A stretch of 64,000 bases of DNA from Elusimicrobiales bacterium (GCA_023701245.1 JAMPXK010000003.1:7566-71565), one strand, 5' to 3'; shown: positions 18,693 through 29,065, numbered from the stretch's first letter. The notes: generated by a model from the letters alone, not told the origin. Translations and numbers: made by a program.

Positions 18693-20249
18693 CTAGTAAG
18701 ACTTGGCCATCAGCACCCGCTGTTTGGACGGCTTGCCGGTGAGGATGCACTTGCCCTCGCCCTTCGCTTCGGCGGGGATCTGGTCCTCGAAAGGAATATT
18801 GCGGATGCTGGTCTCGAAGCGTTTGGCCAGCTCGTCTTCCTGCGCGGCGTCCCCGGCCCAGTGCACCCAGGCAAAGCCGCCGCCCTCGTCCTTGAAGAAT
18901 TTCTCGAAGTCCTCGAGTTTGTCTATCACGCGCGTCCGCTCCGCCCGGAGGTTCCGGGCGCGCTCCAGCAGTTCCTTCTGCATGGCGGCCAGCGTGGGCA
19001 CGATGGAGGCGATCGCCTCCGCCCGCGGCAGGAACGCCTTGCGGCGCTTGCGCTGGTCGGCGGGGGTCTCGCCCTTGATCTCGGCCACGAAGCGGCGGGC
19101 TATGCAGAGCGAGCCCTTCTCCAGGTCCTTCGGGCCCACTTCTATCCGGAGGGGGACGCCCTTGCCTTCCCACTCGTAGTACTTGGCGCCGGGCATGAGG
19201 CCGTCCCGGTCGTCCACCTTTACGGCGACCCCGAGCGCTTTAAGTTCCGCGGCGACCTTCCGGGCCTCTTCCACGGTCTTAACGCGCTCTTCGTCGCTCT
19301 TGTAGATCGGGATCACGATAACCTGCACCGGGGCCAGCTTGGGAGGCAGCACCAGGCCGGCGTCGTCGGAGTGGGTCATGATGAGAGCGCCTACCAGGCG
19401 GGTGCTGACGCCCCAGCTGGTGGCGTAAACGTATTCCAGCTGGCCTTCCTTGTTCTGGAACTTGACGTCGGCGCCTTTGGAAAAGTTCTGGCCCAGGTAA
19501 TGGCTGGTGCCCATCTGCAGGGCCTTGCCGTCCTGCATCATGCCTTCTATGGAGAGGGTCTCCAGGGCCCCGGCGAACCGCTCGCCTTCCGTCTTGCGGC
19601 CTTTCACCACGGGCACGGCCATGACGTTCTCGGCGAAATCGGAATAGACGTCGAGCATCTTCCAGGTCTCTTCCAGCGCCTCTTTTTCCGTAGCGTGCGC
19701 GGTGTGGCCTTCCTGCCAGAGGAATTCGGCGGTGCGCAGGAAGAGGCGCGTGCGCATTTCCCAGCGCACCACGTTGGCCCACTGGTTTATCAGGAGCGGC
19801 AGGTCGCGGTAGCTCTGGATCCAGTTCTTGTACTGGGCCCAGATGATGGTTTCGCTGGTGGGCCGCACCACGAGCGGCTCTTCAAGCTTTGACTCGGGGT
19901 CCGGAACCACTTCGCCGTTGACGGACTTGAGGCGGTGATGCGTGACCACGGCGCATTCCTTGGCGAAGCCGGAAGCGTGCTTCTCTTCGCGGGTCAGGAA
20001 CGAGAGCGGGATGAAGAGGGGGAAGTAGGCGTTCTCATGCCCCGTCTCCTTGAAACGGTCGTCGAGTTCGCGCTGCATCTTTTCCCAGATGGCGTAGCCG
20101 TGCGGCCGGATGACCATGCACCCGCGCACCGCCGAATGCTCGGCCAGGCAGGCGTTCTTGATAACGTCCAGGTACCACTGGGAATAGTCGCTGGCCCGGG
20201 GGGTGACCGCGGCGGAGACCGTCTTCTGCTGATTGTCGGGTTTGTTCAT
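18693..20249 (-). CDS. proS: prolyl-tRNA synthetase (archaeal/eukaryote-like type)
   Basis: 518 aa; class II ProRS without the bacterial INS domain; ends in ...LMAKSY (terminal Tyr typical of this type). Confidence 0.93.
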   Translation of the reverse strand: MNKPDNQQKTVSAAVTPRASDYSQWYLDVIKNACLAEHSAVRGCMVIRPHGYAIWEKMQRELDDRFKETGHENAYFPLFIPLSFLTREEKHASGFAKECAVVTHHRLKSVNGEVVPDPESKLEEPLVVRPTSETIIWAQYKNWIQSYRDLPLLINQWANVVRWEMRTRLFLRTAEFLWQEGHTAHATEKEALEETWKMLDVYSDFAENVMAVPVVKGRKTEGERFAGALETLSIEGMMQDGKALQMGTSHYLGQNFSKGADVKFQNKEGQLEYVYATSWGVSTRLVGALIMTHSDDAGLVLPPKLAPVQVIVIPIYKSDEERVKTVEEARKVAAELKALGVAVKVDDRDGLMPGAKYYEWEGKGVPLRIEVGPKDLEKGSLCIARRFVAEIKGETPADQRKRRKAFLPRAEAIASIVPTLAAMQKELLERARNLRAERTRVIDKLEDFEKFFKDEGGGFAWVHWAGDAAQEDELAKRFETSIRNIPFEDQIPAEAKGEGKCILTGKPSKQRVLMAKSY

Positions 20250-20279
20250 GAATTTTTTGCCGTCCTCGGGGAACTCGTG

Positions 20280-21380
20280 CTATTTGCCGCTCCTGATCTT
20301 GCGGATCACTTCGTTCACCCATTCGCTTTCCTTCACCACTTTGATCTGCTTGCCTTTCTCTATCCAGATGCCGCGGCCTTTGCCGCCGGCCACGCCGAAG
20401 TCCGCGGAGCGGGCCTCGCCGGGGCCGTTGACCACGCAGCCCATCACCGCTATCTTCATGCCTTCGGAGCGCTTGCGCAGGTCCCGGTCGGAATAGATGC
20501 GGTCCTCCAGTTCTCGGACCACCTTGCCCACGTTGACCTGGCAGCGGCCGCACGTAGGACAGGAGACCAGGTCCGGGCCGTAATGGCGCAGCCCCAGGCT
20601 CTTGAGGATCTCGTAGGCGGCCCGCACCTGCATGACGGGGTCTTCGGTAAGTGAGACGCGGACGGTATCGCCGATGCCCTGGGAAAGCAGCAGGCCTATG
20701 CCCAGCGAGGACTTTACGGTGCCGGCCAGGAAACTGCCGGCCTCGGTAACGCCCAGGTGCAGCGGGATATCGGATTTGGAGGAGAACAGGGTGTTGGCCA
20801 TCACCGTGCGTTCTATATCGTCGGCCTTGAGGGACACCACGATGTCGCGAAAATTCAGGCGTTCCAGGGTCCGGGCCTCGTCCAGCGCCTCTTTCACCAT
20901 CTGCTTGGCCCATTCATAAGGCTCCCAGCGCGGCTGGGGATTCTCCTTAAGGGCCTTGAGCGAGCCGGCGTTGACGCCTATGCGGATGGGCACGCCGGAG
21001 GCCTTGCAGGCCTTCACCACTTCCTTGACCTTGTCCTTGTCGCCGATGTTGCCGGGATTGATGCGCACCTTGTCCACGCCCTGGCGCACGGCCTCCACGG
21101 CCAGCCGCCAGTCGAAATGGATGTCGGCCACCAGCGGGATGCCAATGGCGCTTTTAATGCGGCCAAGGTTCTGGGCCGCCTGCATGTCGGGCACCGCCAC
21201 CCGGATGATCTCGCAGCCGCCGTCCTCCAGGCGCCGGATCTGGTCCACGGTGGCCTTGAGGTCCCGGGTATCCGTATTGCACATGCTCTGCACGGAGACG
21301 GGGCTGGAGCCGCCTATGGAAAAGCGGCCGACTTTCACCTTGCGGGTCTTCCTGGCTTTGCCGTGGCAGTCGCAGGCCAT
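20280..21380 (-). CDS. ispG: 4-hydroxy-3-methylbut-2-en-1-yl diphosphate synthase
   Basis: 366 aa; GcpE family (VSVQSMCNTDT, RINPGNIG, SCPTCGR). Confidence 0.95.
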   Translation of the reverse strand: MACDCHGKARKTRKVKVGRFSIGGSSPVSVQSMCNTDTRDLKATVDQIRRLEDGGCEIIRVAVPDMQAAQNLGRIKSAIGIPLVADIHFDWRLAVEAVRQGVDKVRINPGNIGDKDKVKEVVKACKASGVPIRIGVNAGSLKALKENPQPRWEPYEWAKQMVKEALDEARTLERLNFRDIVVSLKADDIERTVMANTLFSSKSDIPLHLGVTEAGSFLAGTVKSSLGIGLLLSQGIGDTVRVSLTEDPVMQVRAAYEILKSLGLRHYGPDLVSCPTCGRCQVNVGKVVRELEDRIYSDRDLRKRSEGMKIAVMGCVVNGPGEARSADFGVAGGKGRGIWIEKGKQIKVVKESEWVNEVIRKIRSGK

Positions 21381-21381
21381 A

Positions 21382-22464
21382 TTATTTCGCCTGCTGCCCG
21401 GCGGCGGCAGCGGCCTTTTTTGCGTCCCTCGAGGTTTTCAGGCGCATGATGTCGCTATAGGTGGCGAAAAGGAAGATGGAAAGCAGCACCGCTATGCCCG
21501 CGCCGTTGACGTACTTCATCACCTCGGCGTTGACCTTGCGGCGGAAAACGCCCTCGAACAGGAAGAGCACTATCCACCCGCCGTCGAGCAGCGGCAGCGG
21601 CAGCAGGTTGAAGAACCCTACGGCCACCGAGATAAGGCCTATCAGGAAGAAGAAATCCGCCGCGCCGGTATGGGCGGCCTTGCTGACGATGTTGACGATG
21701 CCGATAGGCCCGGCCAGGTCGGGCTTCTCGCGCTTGTAGATATTGGAGGCCAGGGTCTTTACGGTGAACGCGGTCCAGTACCAGCACTGGTGGGCGCCCA
21801 TCGCCAGGCCCTTGGCCAGCGGCACCGAACTGTACGCGATCCCGGGAGAAATGCCGATGACGCCGCGCTGCGCGCCCTCGGGAGCTTTGCGGGTCTTGAG
21901 CTTTACGGTGGTCTCGACCCCGGCCCTGGAGTAGGTGACGGAAAGTTCCTTCTCCACTTTGGAATAGATCCTGTCCGCCATCTCCGCCCAGGTGGCCACC
22001 CCGGCGCCGTCGATCTTCACTATCCTGTCGCCGGGCTTGAGACCGGCGGTATCGGCCGGGTAGCCCTGCGACATGTCGCCTATGACGGGTTCGGTGGAGG
22101 GCACCGGCTCTCCGACGATGAGTATGACCCCGGCGAAGAGGATGAAAGCCAGCAGGTAGTTCATGACCGGCCCGGCCACCACCACGCCCAGGCGCGTGTA
22201 CCAGGGCTTGGAGAAGTATTCGTCGGGGGCGCCGGAAACTTCCTCTACGCTTTCCCCGGCCGGCTTCACGTAGCCGCCCAGGGGGATGGCCCGCACCGAG
22301 TAGCGGGTGGGTCCGCTGGTGCGGCCCCAGAGTTCCGGCCCGAAGCCGAAGGAGAACGCCTCTACCCTGATGCCCGTGAGCTTGCACACTATGAAGTGCC
22401 CGAACTCGTGCAGGAAAATTACCAGGCCGAAAGTGAACAGCACAGCGATGATAGACAGGAGCAT
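21382..22464 (-). CDS. rseP: RIP site-2 metalloprotease
   Basis: 360 aa; HEFGHF zinc motif, PDZ segment, C-terminal LLPLPLLDGG. Confidence 0.93.
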   Translation of the reverse strand: MLLSIIAVLFTFGLVIFLHEFGHFIVCKLTGIRVEAFSFGFGPELWGRTSGPTRYSVRAIPLGGYVKPAGESVEEVSGAPDEYFSKPWYTRLGVVVAGPVMNYLLAFILFAGVILIVGEPVPSTEPVIGDMSQGYPADTAGLKPGDRIVKIDGAGVATWAEMADRIYSKVEKELSVTYSRAGVETTVKLKTRKAPEGAQRGVIGISPGIAYSSVPLAKGLAMGAHQCWYWTAFTVKTLASNIYKREKPDLAGPIGIVNIVSKAAHTGAADFFFLIGLISVAVGFFNLLPLPLLDGGWIVLFLFEGVFRRKVNAEVMKYVNGAGIAVLLSIFLFATYSDIMRLKTSRDAKKAAAAAGQQAK

Positions 22465-22474
22465 TTTTTACCTC

Positions 22475-23647
22475 TTATTTCCGCATCCGCGCGGCTATAT
22501 CGGCGGCCTTCTGGCGCGCCCAGCCGTCGGCTTCTACCGCCGCCGCCAGCGTGAGCCGGCCGGCGCCGCCGTGGCAGGCGGCCAGCGTCTTCTCAACCAC
22601 TTCCGCGATAGCCGTGAACCGCAGGCGCCCGGCTATAAAGCGCTCTACCGCCGCTTCGTTGGCGGCGCTTAGAACGGCGGGATAGATGCCGCCGCGCCGG
22701 GCCGCGTCCAGCGCCAGGGCCAGGCAGGGGAACCGGCTGAAATCCGGCTTGAAGAAATCCAGCCGGGCGAGCTTGTAAAAGTCCAGGGGTACCGCCAGGG
22801 ACGGCGCGCGGTCGGGCCAGGTAAGGGCGTACTGGATGGGCAGCTTCATGTCCGGGTTGGAGAGCTGCGCCAGCACCGACCCGTCCTTGAATTCCACGCC
22901 GGAGTGCACCACGGACTGCGGGTGGACCAGCACCTGGATCTTGGAGATAGGCAGGGAGAAAAGGTTCTGGATCTCGATGGCCTCCAGGCCTTTGTTCATC
23001 AGCGTGGCGGAATCCACGGTGATCTTTGGGCCCATGTTCCAGCGCGGGTGCTTCAGGGCCTGCGCCGGCGTCACCCCGGCCAGCGACCCCTTGTGCGCGT
23101 AGAACGGCCCGCCGGAAGCGGTCAGGAAAACCCGGGAAAGGACGGCGTCGTACCCGCCGGGCTTCACTCCGGCCAGGCACTGGAAGATAGCGGAGGGTTC
23201 TGAATCCACGGGGAGGATCGTGGCCTGCCAGCGCTGGGCCTCCCGCATAAGGAGCCCGCCGGCCATCACCATGGGTTCTTTGTTGGCCAGGGCTATCTGC
23301 TTGGAAGCGCGGATGGCCGCCAGCAGCGGGGCGAACCCGACCGCGCCCGTAACGGAACTCAGCACGATGTCGGCTTCTTTGAGGGAAGCCATTTCCGCGA
23401 GGCCTTCCACCCCGGGCGGCAGCACTTTCACGCCCCGCGGGGCGCAGGTCTTCAGCTCGCGCCAGGCCTCATAGTCGAAAACGGCGATATACGCGGGCTT
23501 GACCGCGCGGGCCTGGGCCAGCAGGGTCTTGAGGTTGGAATTGGCGGCCAGGCCCAGCACGCGCCAGCCTTTGCCGAGGTTCTTCACCGACTTCACGGCG
23601 TTAACGCCGATGGAGCCGGTAGAGCCGAGTATGACTATGTTCTTCAT
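22475..23647 (-). CDS. dxr: 1-deoxy-D-xylulose 5-phosphate reductoisomerase
   Basis: 390 aa; ILGSTGSIG NADPH-binding N-terminus; LANKE and HPQS motifs. Confidence 0.96.
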   Translation of the reverse strand: MKNIVILGSTGSIGVNAVKSVKNLGKGWRVLGLAANSNLKTLLAQARAVKPAYIAVFDYEAWRELKTCAPRGVKVLPPGVEGLAEMASLKEADIVLSSVTGAVGFAPLLAAIRASKQIALANKEPMVMAGGLLMREAQRWQATILPVDSEPSAIFQCLAGVKPGGYDAVLSRVFLTASGGPFYAHKGSLAGVTPAQALKHPRWNMGPKITVDSATLMNKGLEAIEIQNLFSLPISKIQVLVHPQSVVHSGVEFKDGSVLAQLSNPDMKLPIQYALTWPDRAPSLAVPLDFYKLARLDFFKPDFSRFPCLALALDAARRGGIYPAVLSAANEAAVERFIAGRLRFTAIAEVVEKTLAACHGGAGRLTLAAAVEADGWARQKAADIAARMRK

Positions 23648-23663
23648 CGTATCCGCAAGGTCC

Positions 23664-24473
23664 TTAGCGGGCCAGCACGGCGTAGTAATAGATCACCGGG
23701 GCCAGGAAAATATAGGAATCGAAACGGTCCAGGATGCCGCCGTGGCCGGGCAGGAGGTTGGAGGAATCCTTGGCGCCCACGGCGCGCTTGAGCATGGATT
23801 CGGCTATGTCGGAGATCTGCCCGAAAACGCCTATCAGCACGCCGGCCCCGGCCGCGAACAGGGGGGAGAACTCGCCGCCGGCCAGCCGGGTCACGCCCCA
23901 CGCCGTAAGGATGGCGGCTATGAAACCGGCCGCGGCGCCCTCCCAGGTCTTCTTGGGACTGATGGTGGAGAGCTGCCTGCGGCCGAAAGACTTGCCCAGG
24001 AAATACGCGGCGGTGTCCATTACCCAGACGGTGATTATCAGCGTCAGCGTAAGGGCGAAGCCGCCGGGGCGCAGGCCGCGGATGGCGACGAGGTGGAACA
24101 GGCACCAGGAGATCATGAAAATGCCCAGGAGCGTCAGGCCTATGCGCTCCAGGTATTTCTTGGGGGAAAAAAGTTCGTAGGTCATGACCCCTATCACCGT
24201 AAGCGCTATGAAGAACCCGGTGAAGTTGTCGCCGCCGGCCTGGGCCGCGGAATAATGATCGAAGTAGAGCGCGGCCGGCAGCAGCAGGCCGAACAGGTAG
24301 AGCATGGGCTCCTGCACGGGTTTGGCGCCCAGGCGCATCAGCGTGGCGAACTCGTAGAGCGAAACGGCTATGATGGTGAAGACGAAAACCGCGTAAGCCG
24401 GGCCGCCGGCGCGGATGAGCAGCAGCACCACCGGGATGCCGAACAGGGCCGTAAGCACTCTGGGTAAAAGCAT
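23664..24473 (-). CDS. cdsA: phosphatidate cytidylyltransferase
   Basis: 269 aa polytopic membrane protein; C-terminal SxxKRxxGxKDxxxLxPGHGGxLDRxDS signature present. Confidence 0.92.
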   Translation of the reverse strand: MLLPRVLTALFGIPVVLLLIRAGGPAYAVFVFTIIAVSLYEFATLMRLGAKPVQEPMLYLFGLLLPAALYFDHYSAAQAGGDNFTGFFIALTVIGVMTYELFSPKKYLERIGLTLLGIFMISWCLFHLVAIRGLRPGGFALTLTLIITVWVMDTAAYFLGKSFGRRQLSTISPKKTWEGAAAGFIAAILTAWGVTRLAGGEFSPLFAAGAGVLIGVFGQISDIAESMLKRAVGAKDSSNLLPGHGGILDRFDSYIFLAPVIYYYAVLAR

Positions 24474-25177
24474 TATTTTCCTCTCCTTCTATCGCGCGCC
24501 TGGTAGTCAAGCAGCGCGGCCATGAACTCTTTTTCGCGGAAATCGGGCCAGAACGTCTCGGTCACGTAGAACTCGGCGTAAGCGGCCTGCCAGAGCAGGA
24601 AGTTGGAAACGCGCAGTTCGCCGGAAGTGCGGATCAGCAGGTCCGGGTCGGGCAGCGAGGGGGAGTAGAGCAGCCTGGCGAAAGCGGCCTCGTCCACGCT
24701 CTTCACGCCCGACGCCAGCGCCTTGTTCACGGCGTCGGTTATCTCCTGCCTGCCCCCGTAATTAAGGGCTATATTGAGCGTCATGCCGGTCTTGCCCTTC
24801 AGGCGCTCCACGGCCTTGTCCATCACGGCCCGCGCTTTCTTCGGCAGCTGCTCCAGGCGGCCGCTGAACATCAGCCGCACGTTCTCGCGGTCCAGCTCGT
24901 CGGCGTAGGCGGCTATGGTGCGCTCCAGCAGGAACATCAGCGCGCTCACCTCCAGCCTGGAGCGGCCCCAGTTCTCGGTGGAAAAAGCGTAAATGGTAAG
25001 GGCCCTTATCCCGGCGTCGCTGGCCGCCTTTACCACGGCGTGGACGGATTCCACTCCGGCCTTATGTCCGGCTACCGCGGGCAGGCCCCGCTTTTTGGCC
25101 CAACGCCGGTTGCCGTCCATGATGATGGCCACATGGGCGGGCAACCGGGCCGGGTCGAGGGCGCTGCTTTTCGGCAT
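24473..25177 (-). CDS. uppS: undecaprenyl diphosphate synthase
   Basis: Track ORF runs to 25774 (spurious 5' extension). Homology starts at MPKSSALDPARLPAHVAIIMDGNRRWA (ATG at 25177, overlapping the frr stop by 1 nt). Confidence 0.94.
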   Translation of the reverse strand: MPKSSALDPARLPAHVAIIMDGNRRWAKKRGLPAVAGHKAGVESVHAVVKAASDAGIRALTIYAFSTENWGRSRLEVSALMFLLERTIAAYADELDRENVRLMFSGRLEQLPKKARAVMDKAVERLKGKTGMTLNIALNYGGRQEITDAVNKALASGVKSVDEAAFARLLYSPSLPDPDLLIRTSGELRVSNFLLWQAAYAEFYVTETFWPDFREKEFMAALLDYQARDRRRGK

Positions 25178-25746
25178 CAGATGGTGGTGAGTTCCTTCTC
25201 TTTGGCGGCCACCACGTCGTCCACGTTCTTGACGTAAGTATCGGTCAGTTTCTGCACGGCCTCTTCGTGGCGGGCCAGGTCGTCCTCGGTGATCTCGCCG
25301 GCCTTCTGGGCCTTCTTGATCTTCTCGAGCGCGTCGCGGCGCAGGTTGCGCATCTGCACGCGCGAATCCTCGCCCATGGAGTGGACGATCTTGACCATCT
25401 TCTTGCGCTGGTCCTCGGTCATCGGCGGCAGGTTTATGCGGATGACCCCGGCGTTGCGCGAAGGGGAGGAACCGAAATCCACTTTCCGGAGCTCGGCCTC
25501 TATGGCGTCCACCGCGCTGGCGTCCCAGGCGCGGACTTCCAGGGTGCGGGGCTCGGGCACGGACACGGCCGCCACCTGTTTGAGCGGCACCTTGGCGCCG
25601 TAATATTCCACGTAAACTCCGTCGAGCAACTGGGGATTGGCCCGGCCGGTGCGCAGCGAAGTGAGCTCGCGCCGGAACTTCTCTATTTTCTCCATCATCT
25701 CCATCTCTGCTTCGGCGATGACTTCCTGAACGGATGTTTCTGCCAT
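25177..25746 (-). CDS. frr: ribosome recycling factor
   Basis: RRF sequence from MAETSVQEVIAEAEMEMMEKIEKFRRELTSLRTGRANP (ATG at 25746, AGGAGGG upstream). Confidence 0.94.
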   Translation of the reverse strand: MAETSVQEVIAEAEMEMMEKIEKFRRELTSLRTGRANPQLLDGVYVEYYGAKVPLKQVAAVSVPEPRTLEVRAWDASAVDAIEAELRKVDFGSSPSRNAGVIRINLPPMTEDQRKKMVKIVHSMGEDSRVQMRNLRRDALEKIKKAQKAGEITEDDLARHEEAVQKLTDTYVKNVDDVVAAKEKELTTI

Positions 25747-25794
25747 AGAACGCCCTCCTGTGCGCGCGCCGCAAAGCCGGTCGCGCAAAGGATA

Positions 25795-25800
25795 ATTATA
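25795..25800 (-). promoter_or_regulatory. -10 hexamer TATAAT in the AT-rich patch upstream of frr
   Basis: Minus strand reads ...CCCCTTATATAAAATAATATAATTATCC...; about 50-nt leader with AGGAGGG SD; a hairpin plus T6 terminator of gmhA lies just upstream. Confidence 0.4.
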
Positions 25801-25840
25801 TTATTTTATATAAGGGGAAAAAAGCGGGCCCGGCCTTCCG

Positions 25841-26407
25841 CTAGGCCGAAGCCGAGTCCTCTACCAGTTCACAGACTATATGGGCGGCCAGGATATGCAG
25901 TTCCTGGACGCGCGGGGTGTCGGTCTCGGGGGCGAGGAAAGCGAGGTCGCAATGCTTGAGGATGGCGCCGCCTTTGGCGCCGAAGAACCCGATAACGGTC
26001 ATACCGAGCTCGCGGGCCTTGATGGCCGCCTGCAGCACGTTGGGGCTGGACCCCGAAGTGGAAATGGCGATAAGCGCGTCCCCGGCCCGGCCGAGGGCCT
26101 CCACCTGGCGCTCGAAAACGCGGTCGAAACCGTAGTCGTTGCCCAGGCAGGTCAGCACGGAACTGTCCGTGGTAAGGGCGATGGAGGCGATGGCTTTGCG
26201 CTCCTTTTTGAAGCGGCCCACCAGTTCTCCTGCGATATGCTGGCTGTCGGCGGCGGACCCGCCGTTGCCGCAGACCAGGATCTTGCCGCCCGCCCTGGCC
26301 GTTTTGGCGAGCGCCTGGGCGATTGGAGCGAGGGCGGCGTGGTCCGCCTCCAGCGCGGCCACAGCGGCCTGGTTCTTCTTTATAGCGGCCAGTATCTTTT
26401 CTTCCAT
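25841..26407 (-). CDS. gmhA: SIS-domain phosphoheptose isomerase (GmhA/DiaA family)
   Basis: 188 aa; ILVCGNGGSAADSQH and AISTSGSSPNV SIS motifs. Confidence 0.85.
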   Translation of the reverse strand: MEEKILAAIKKNQAAVAALEADHAALAPIAQALAKTARAGGKILVCGNGGSAADSQHIAGELVGRFKKERKAIASIALTTDSSVLTCLGNDYGFDRVFERQVEALGRAGDALIAISTSGSSPNVLQAAIKARELGMTVIGFFGAKGGAILKHCDLAFLAPETDTPRVQELHILAAHIVCELVEDSASA

Positions 26408-26410
26408 GGG

Positions 26411-27118
26411 TTAACCCTGCTGGATCAGCGTGCCGACCTTCTTGCCGGAGAGCGCCTTGCCGATATTGCCGGGCGTGTGCAGGTTGAAGACCAGGATGGG
26501 GATATGGTTCTCCATGCAGAGGGTCAGGGCGCTGGCGTCCATGAACTTAAGGCCCTTGTTGAGGGCGCTCATGTAGGTGATGTCCTTTATCAGGGTGGCC
26601 TTCGGGTCCTTCTTGGGGTCGCCGGTATAGACGCCGTCCACCTGCGTGGCCTTGAAGATGACGTCGGCGCCGATCTCGGCGGCGCGCAGGGCGGCCGCGG
26701 TATCGGTGGTGAAATAGGGGTTGCCGGTGCCGCCGGCGAAAATGACCACGCGGTCCTTCTCCAGGTGGCGGATGGCGCGCCGGCGGATGAACGGCTCGGC
26801 CACGCGGCTGATCTCCACGGCGGTCTGCACCCGGGTGGAGACGCCCTCGTGCTCCAGGGCGTTCTGCAGCGCCATGGCGTTGATGATGGTGGCGAGCATG
26901 CCCATGTTATCGGAGGTAACGCGGTCTATGCCGTGGCCGTCGCGCGCGCCGCGCCAGATATTGCCGCCGCCTATGACGATGGCCAGGCGCGTGCCTTTAC
27001 GCAGGCCTTTGGCGATCTCTTTGGCGATGTAAGTGAGGGAGGAAGGACTGATGGACCGGCTGTCGCCGGGAGTACCGAGGGCTTCGCCCGAAAGTTTCAG
27101 CAGTACGCGTTTGTACAT
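26411..27118 (-). CDS. pyrH: UMP kinase
   Basis: 235 aa; [12 protein letters not shown]-terminus, [10 protein letters not shown]. Confidence 0.96.
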   Translation of the reverse strand: MYKRVLLKLSGEALGTPGDSRSISPSSLTYIAKEIAKGLRKGTRLAIVIGGGNIWRGARDGHGIDRVTSDNMGMLATIINAMALQNALEHEGVSTRVQTAVEISRVAEPFIRRRAIRHLEKDRVVIFAGGTGNPYFTTDTAAALRAAEIGADVIFKATQVDGVYTGDPKKDPKATLIKDITYMSALNKGLKFMDASALTLCMENHIPILVFNLHTPGNIGKALSGKKVGTLIQQG

Positions 27119-27134
27119 AAACCTCCAGTGAGCT

Positions 27135-27175
27135 GGAACCGCGCCGCCGGGATCGGCCCGGCGGCGCGCAGTTCC
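27135..27175 (-). other. intercistronic GC hairpin between tsf and pyrH
   Basis: GCGCCGCCGGG-ATCGG-CCCGGCGGCGC extended by GGAAC/GTTCC; no T-tract. Confidence 0.7.
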
Positions 27176-27177
27176 GT

Positions 27178-28074
27178 TTATTCTACGCCGACTATGTAGC
27201 AGCTGAAGCGCTTGACGGTGACGTTGCCGCCGAGCTTGGCGCCCAGGTCCTTGACGATCTGGGTCACGGTCTTCTTGGAGTCGCGGATGGAAGCCTGCTC
27301 TATCAGGCAGGACTCCTGGAAGTACTTGTTCACGCGGCCTTCCAGCATCTTCTCGAGAGCCTCGGCGGGCTTGGCCTTGTACGGCCTGCCGGCCTCGGCG
27401 GCCTTGGCCTGCGCTTCGGCCTCGTCCTTCTCGGTCTTGGCGCGGTAGATCTCTTTTTCCTTGGCCACCACGTCGGCGGGAACTTCCTCGCGCTTCAAAT
27501 ACTTCGGGTTCATGGCCACGCTCTGCATGGCCAGTTCCTTGGCCAGCGCCTCGAGCTCGGCCTTGCCCTTGGCCAGGTCGCCGTCGAAAGCGAGCTCCAC
27601 CATGGCGCCCTTGCGGTTATCGGAGTGGACGTAGAAGTTGACGGCGCTGCCGGCCGCGTGGTAAACCACGCCGCGGCGGATCTGCATGTTCTCGCCGGTC
27701 TTCATGGCCACGGCCTGCATGCGTTCCTTGGCCTTCTCGCTCTCGGCCGGGTTGGCCAGGGAAGCGTCGGTGAGCATTTCGGAAGCGATGGTGGCGGCAA
27801 AGGCGTGCACGTCGGGGTTCTTGGCCACGAAATCCGTCTCGCAGTTGAGTTCGATGAGGGAATAGGCCTTGCCGTCGGTCTTGGCGACCACCACGCCTTC
27901 CTTCATGGCGCGGCCCGCGCGCTTGGCCAGGCCCGCCAGGCCCTTCTTGCGCAGAAGTTCCACGGCCTTGGCGATGTCGCCGCCGGCCTCGTTCAGGGCG
28001 CCTTTGCAGTCCATGATGCCCGCGCCGGTCTGGTTCCTGAGTGTCATTACCTGTTCGCTGGTGATTGCTGCCAT
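27178..28074 (-). CDS. tsf: elongation factor Ts
   Basis: 298 aa; [19 protein letters not shown]-like N-terminus; between rpsB and pyrH. Confidence 0.96.
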   Translation of the reverse strand: MAAITSEQVMTLRNQTGAGIMDCKGALNEAGGDIAKAVELLRKKGLAGLAKRAGRAMKEGVVVAKTDGKAYSLIELNCETDFVAKNPDVHAFAATIASEMLTDASLANPAESEKAKERMQAVAMKTGENMQIRRGVVYHAAGSAVNFYVHSDNRKGAMVELAFDGDLAKGKAELEALAKELAMQSVAMNPKYLKREEVPADVVAKEKEIYRAKTEKDEAEAQAKAAEAGRPYKAKPAEALEKMLEGRVNKYFQESCLIEQASIRDSKKTVTQIVKDLGAKLGGNVTVKRFSCYIVGVE

Positions 28075-28149
28075 AATTGGGGTTCTCCTTTGTGCTTAAG
28101 AAAAAGGGGCGCCGGCGTTGATAGCCCGCGCCCCCGAGGTCAGAACGGC

Positions 28150-28980
28150 TTATTCTTCGGTGCGGACGGGCTCTTCGGCGGCGGGGGCTTCCTGGGCCTC
28201 CGGGGCGTATTCGGGAGCGCCTTCCGGCTGGGCTTCGCCGGCGTCCACGGCGGCTTCGGCCTGGGCCTGCTGGTGAGCGGCGGCCTTTTCGGCCTCGGCC
28301 TCGGCGCGGCCGTCTACCACGGCGTCGGCCATGGTGGCGCAGAACAGGCGGATGGAGCGGGCGGCGTCGTCGTTGCCGGGGATGGGCCAGTCGAGCTGGT
28401 CGGGATCGCAGTTGGTGTCGCAGACGCCTACCACGGGGATCTTGAGCCTGTGGGCTTCCTTCAGCGCGTTGGCCTCGTTGACGGGGTCCACGATGAACAT
28501 GATGTCGGGCAGGGTGCGCAGGTTGCGGATGCCGCTGAGGAGCTTGACCAGGCGGGCCTTCTCCTTGGAGAGGCGGGAAACCTCTTTCTTGGACATCACG
28601 CGGAACAGACCGTCGGACTCGAACTTTTCGAGTTCCTCGAGGCGCTTGAGGGATTTGCGCAGGGTTTCGAAATTGGTGAGCGTGCCGCCCAGCCATTTCT
28701 CGTGCACGCAGGAGACTTCGGCGCGGGTGGCCTCCTCGCGGATGATCTCTTTGGCCTGCTTCTTGGTGCCGACAAAGAGGAAGGTTTTGCCGGCTTTGGC
28801 GGAATCCTTCACGAAGGTATAGGCCTTCTTGATCTCTTTTACGGTCTTCTGCAGGTCCAGGATATGGATGCCGTTGCGTTCTCCGAATATGTAGCGGGAC
28901 ATCTTGGGGTTCCACCTGTAGGTCTGGTGACCGAAGTGGACTCCGGCTTCTAACATGCTTTTCATCGATATGTTCAACAT
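28150..28980 (-). CDS. rpsB: 30S ribosomal protein S2 (acidic A/E-rich C-terminal extension)
   Basis: 276 aa; [18 protein letters not shown] signature. Confidence 0.97.
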   Translation of the reverse strand: MLNISMKSMLEAGVHFGHQTYRWNPKMSRYIFGERNGIHILDLQKTVKEIKKAYTFVKDSAKAGKTFLFVGTKKQAKEIIREEATRAEVSCVHEKWLGGTLTNFETLRKSLKRLEELEKFESDGLFRVMSKKEVSRLSKEKARLVKLLSGIRNLRTLPDIMFIVDPVNEANALKEAHRLKIPVVGVCDTNCDPDQLDWPIPGNDDAARSIRLFCATMADAVVDGRAEAEAEKAAAHQQAQAEAAVDAGEAQPEGAPEYAPEAQEAPAAEEPVRTEE

Positions 28981-29065
28981 TATGGTCTAGCCTCCGTGTT
29001 TTTCGTACGTTCCGTTTCTTTTCCCGCCCTCCAGGAGCAGGATTTCAACTGAACTGTATACGCTA

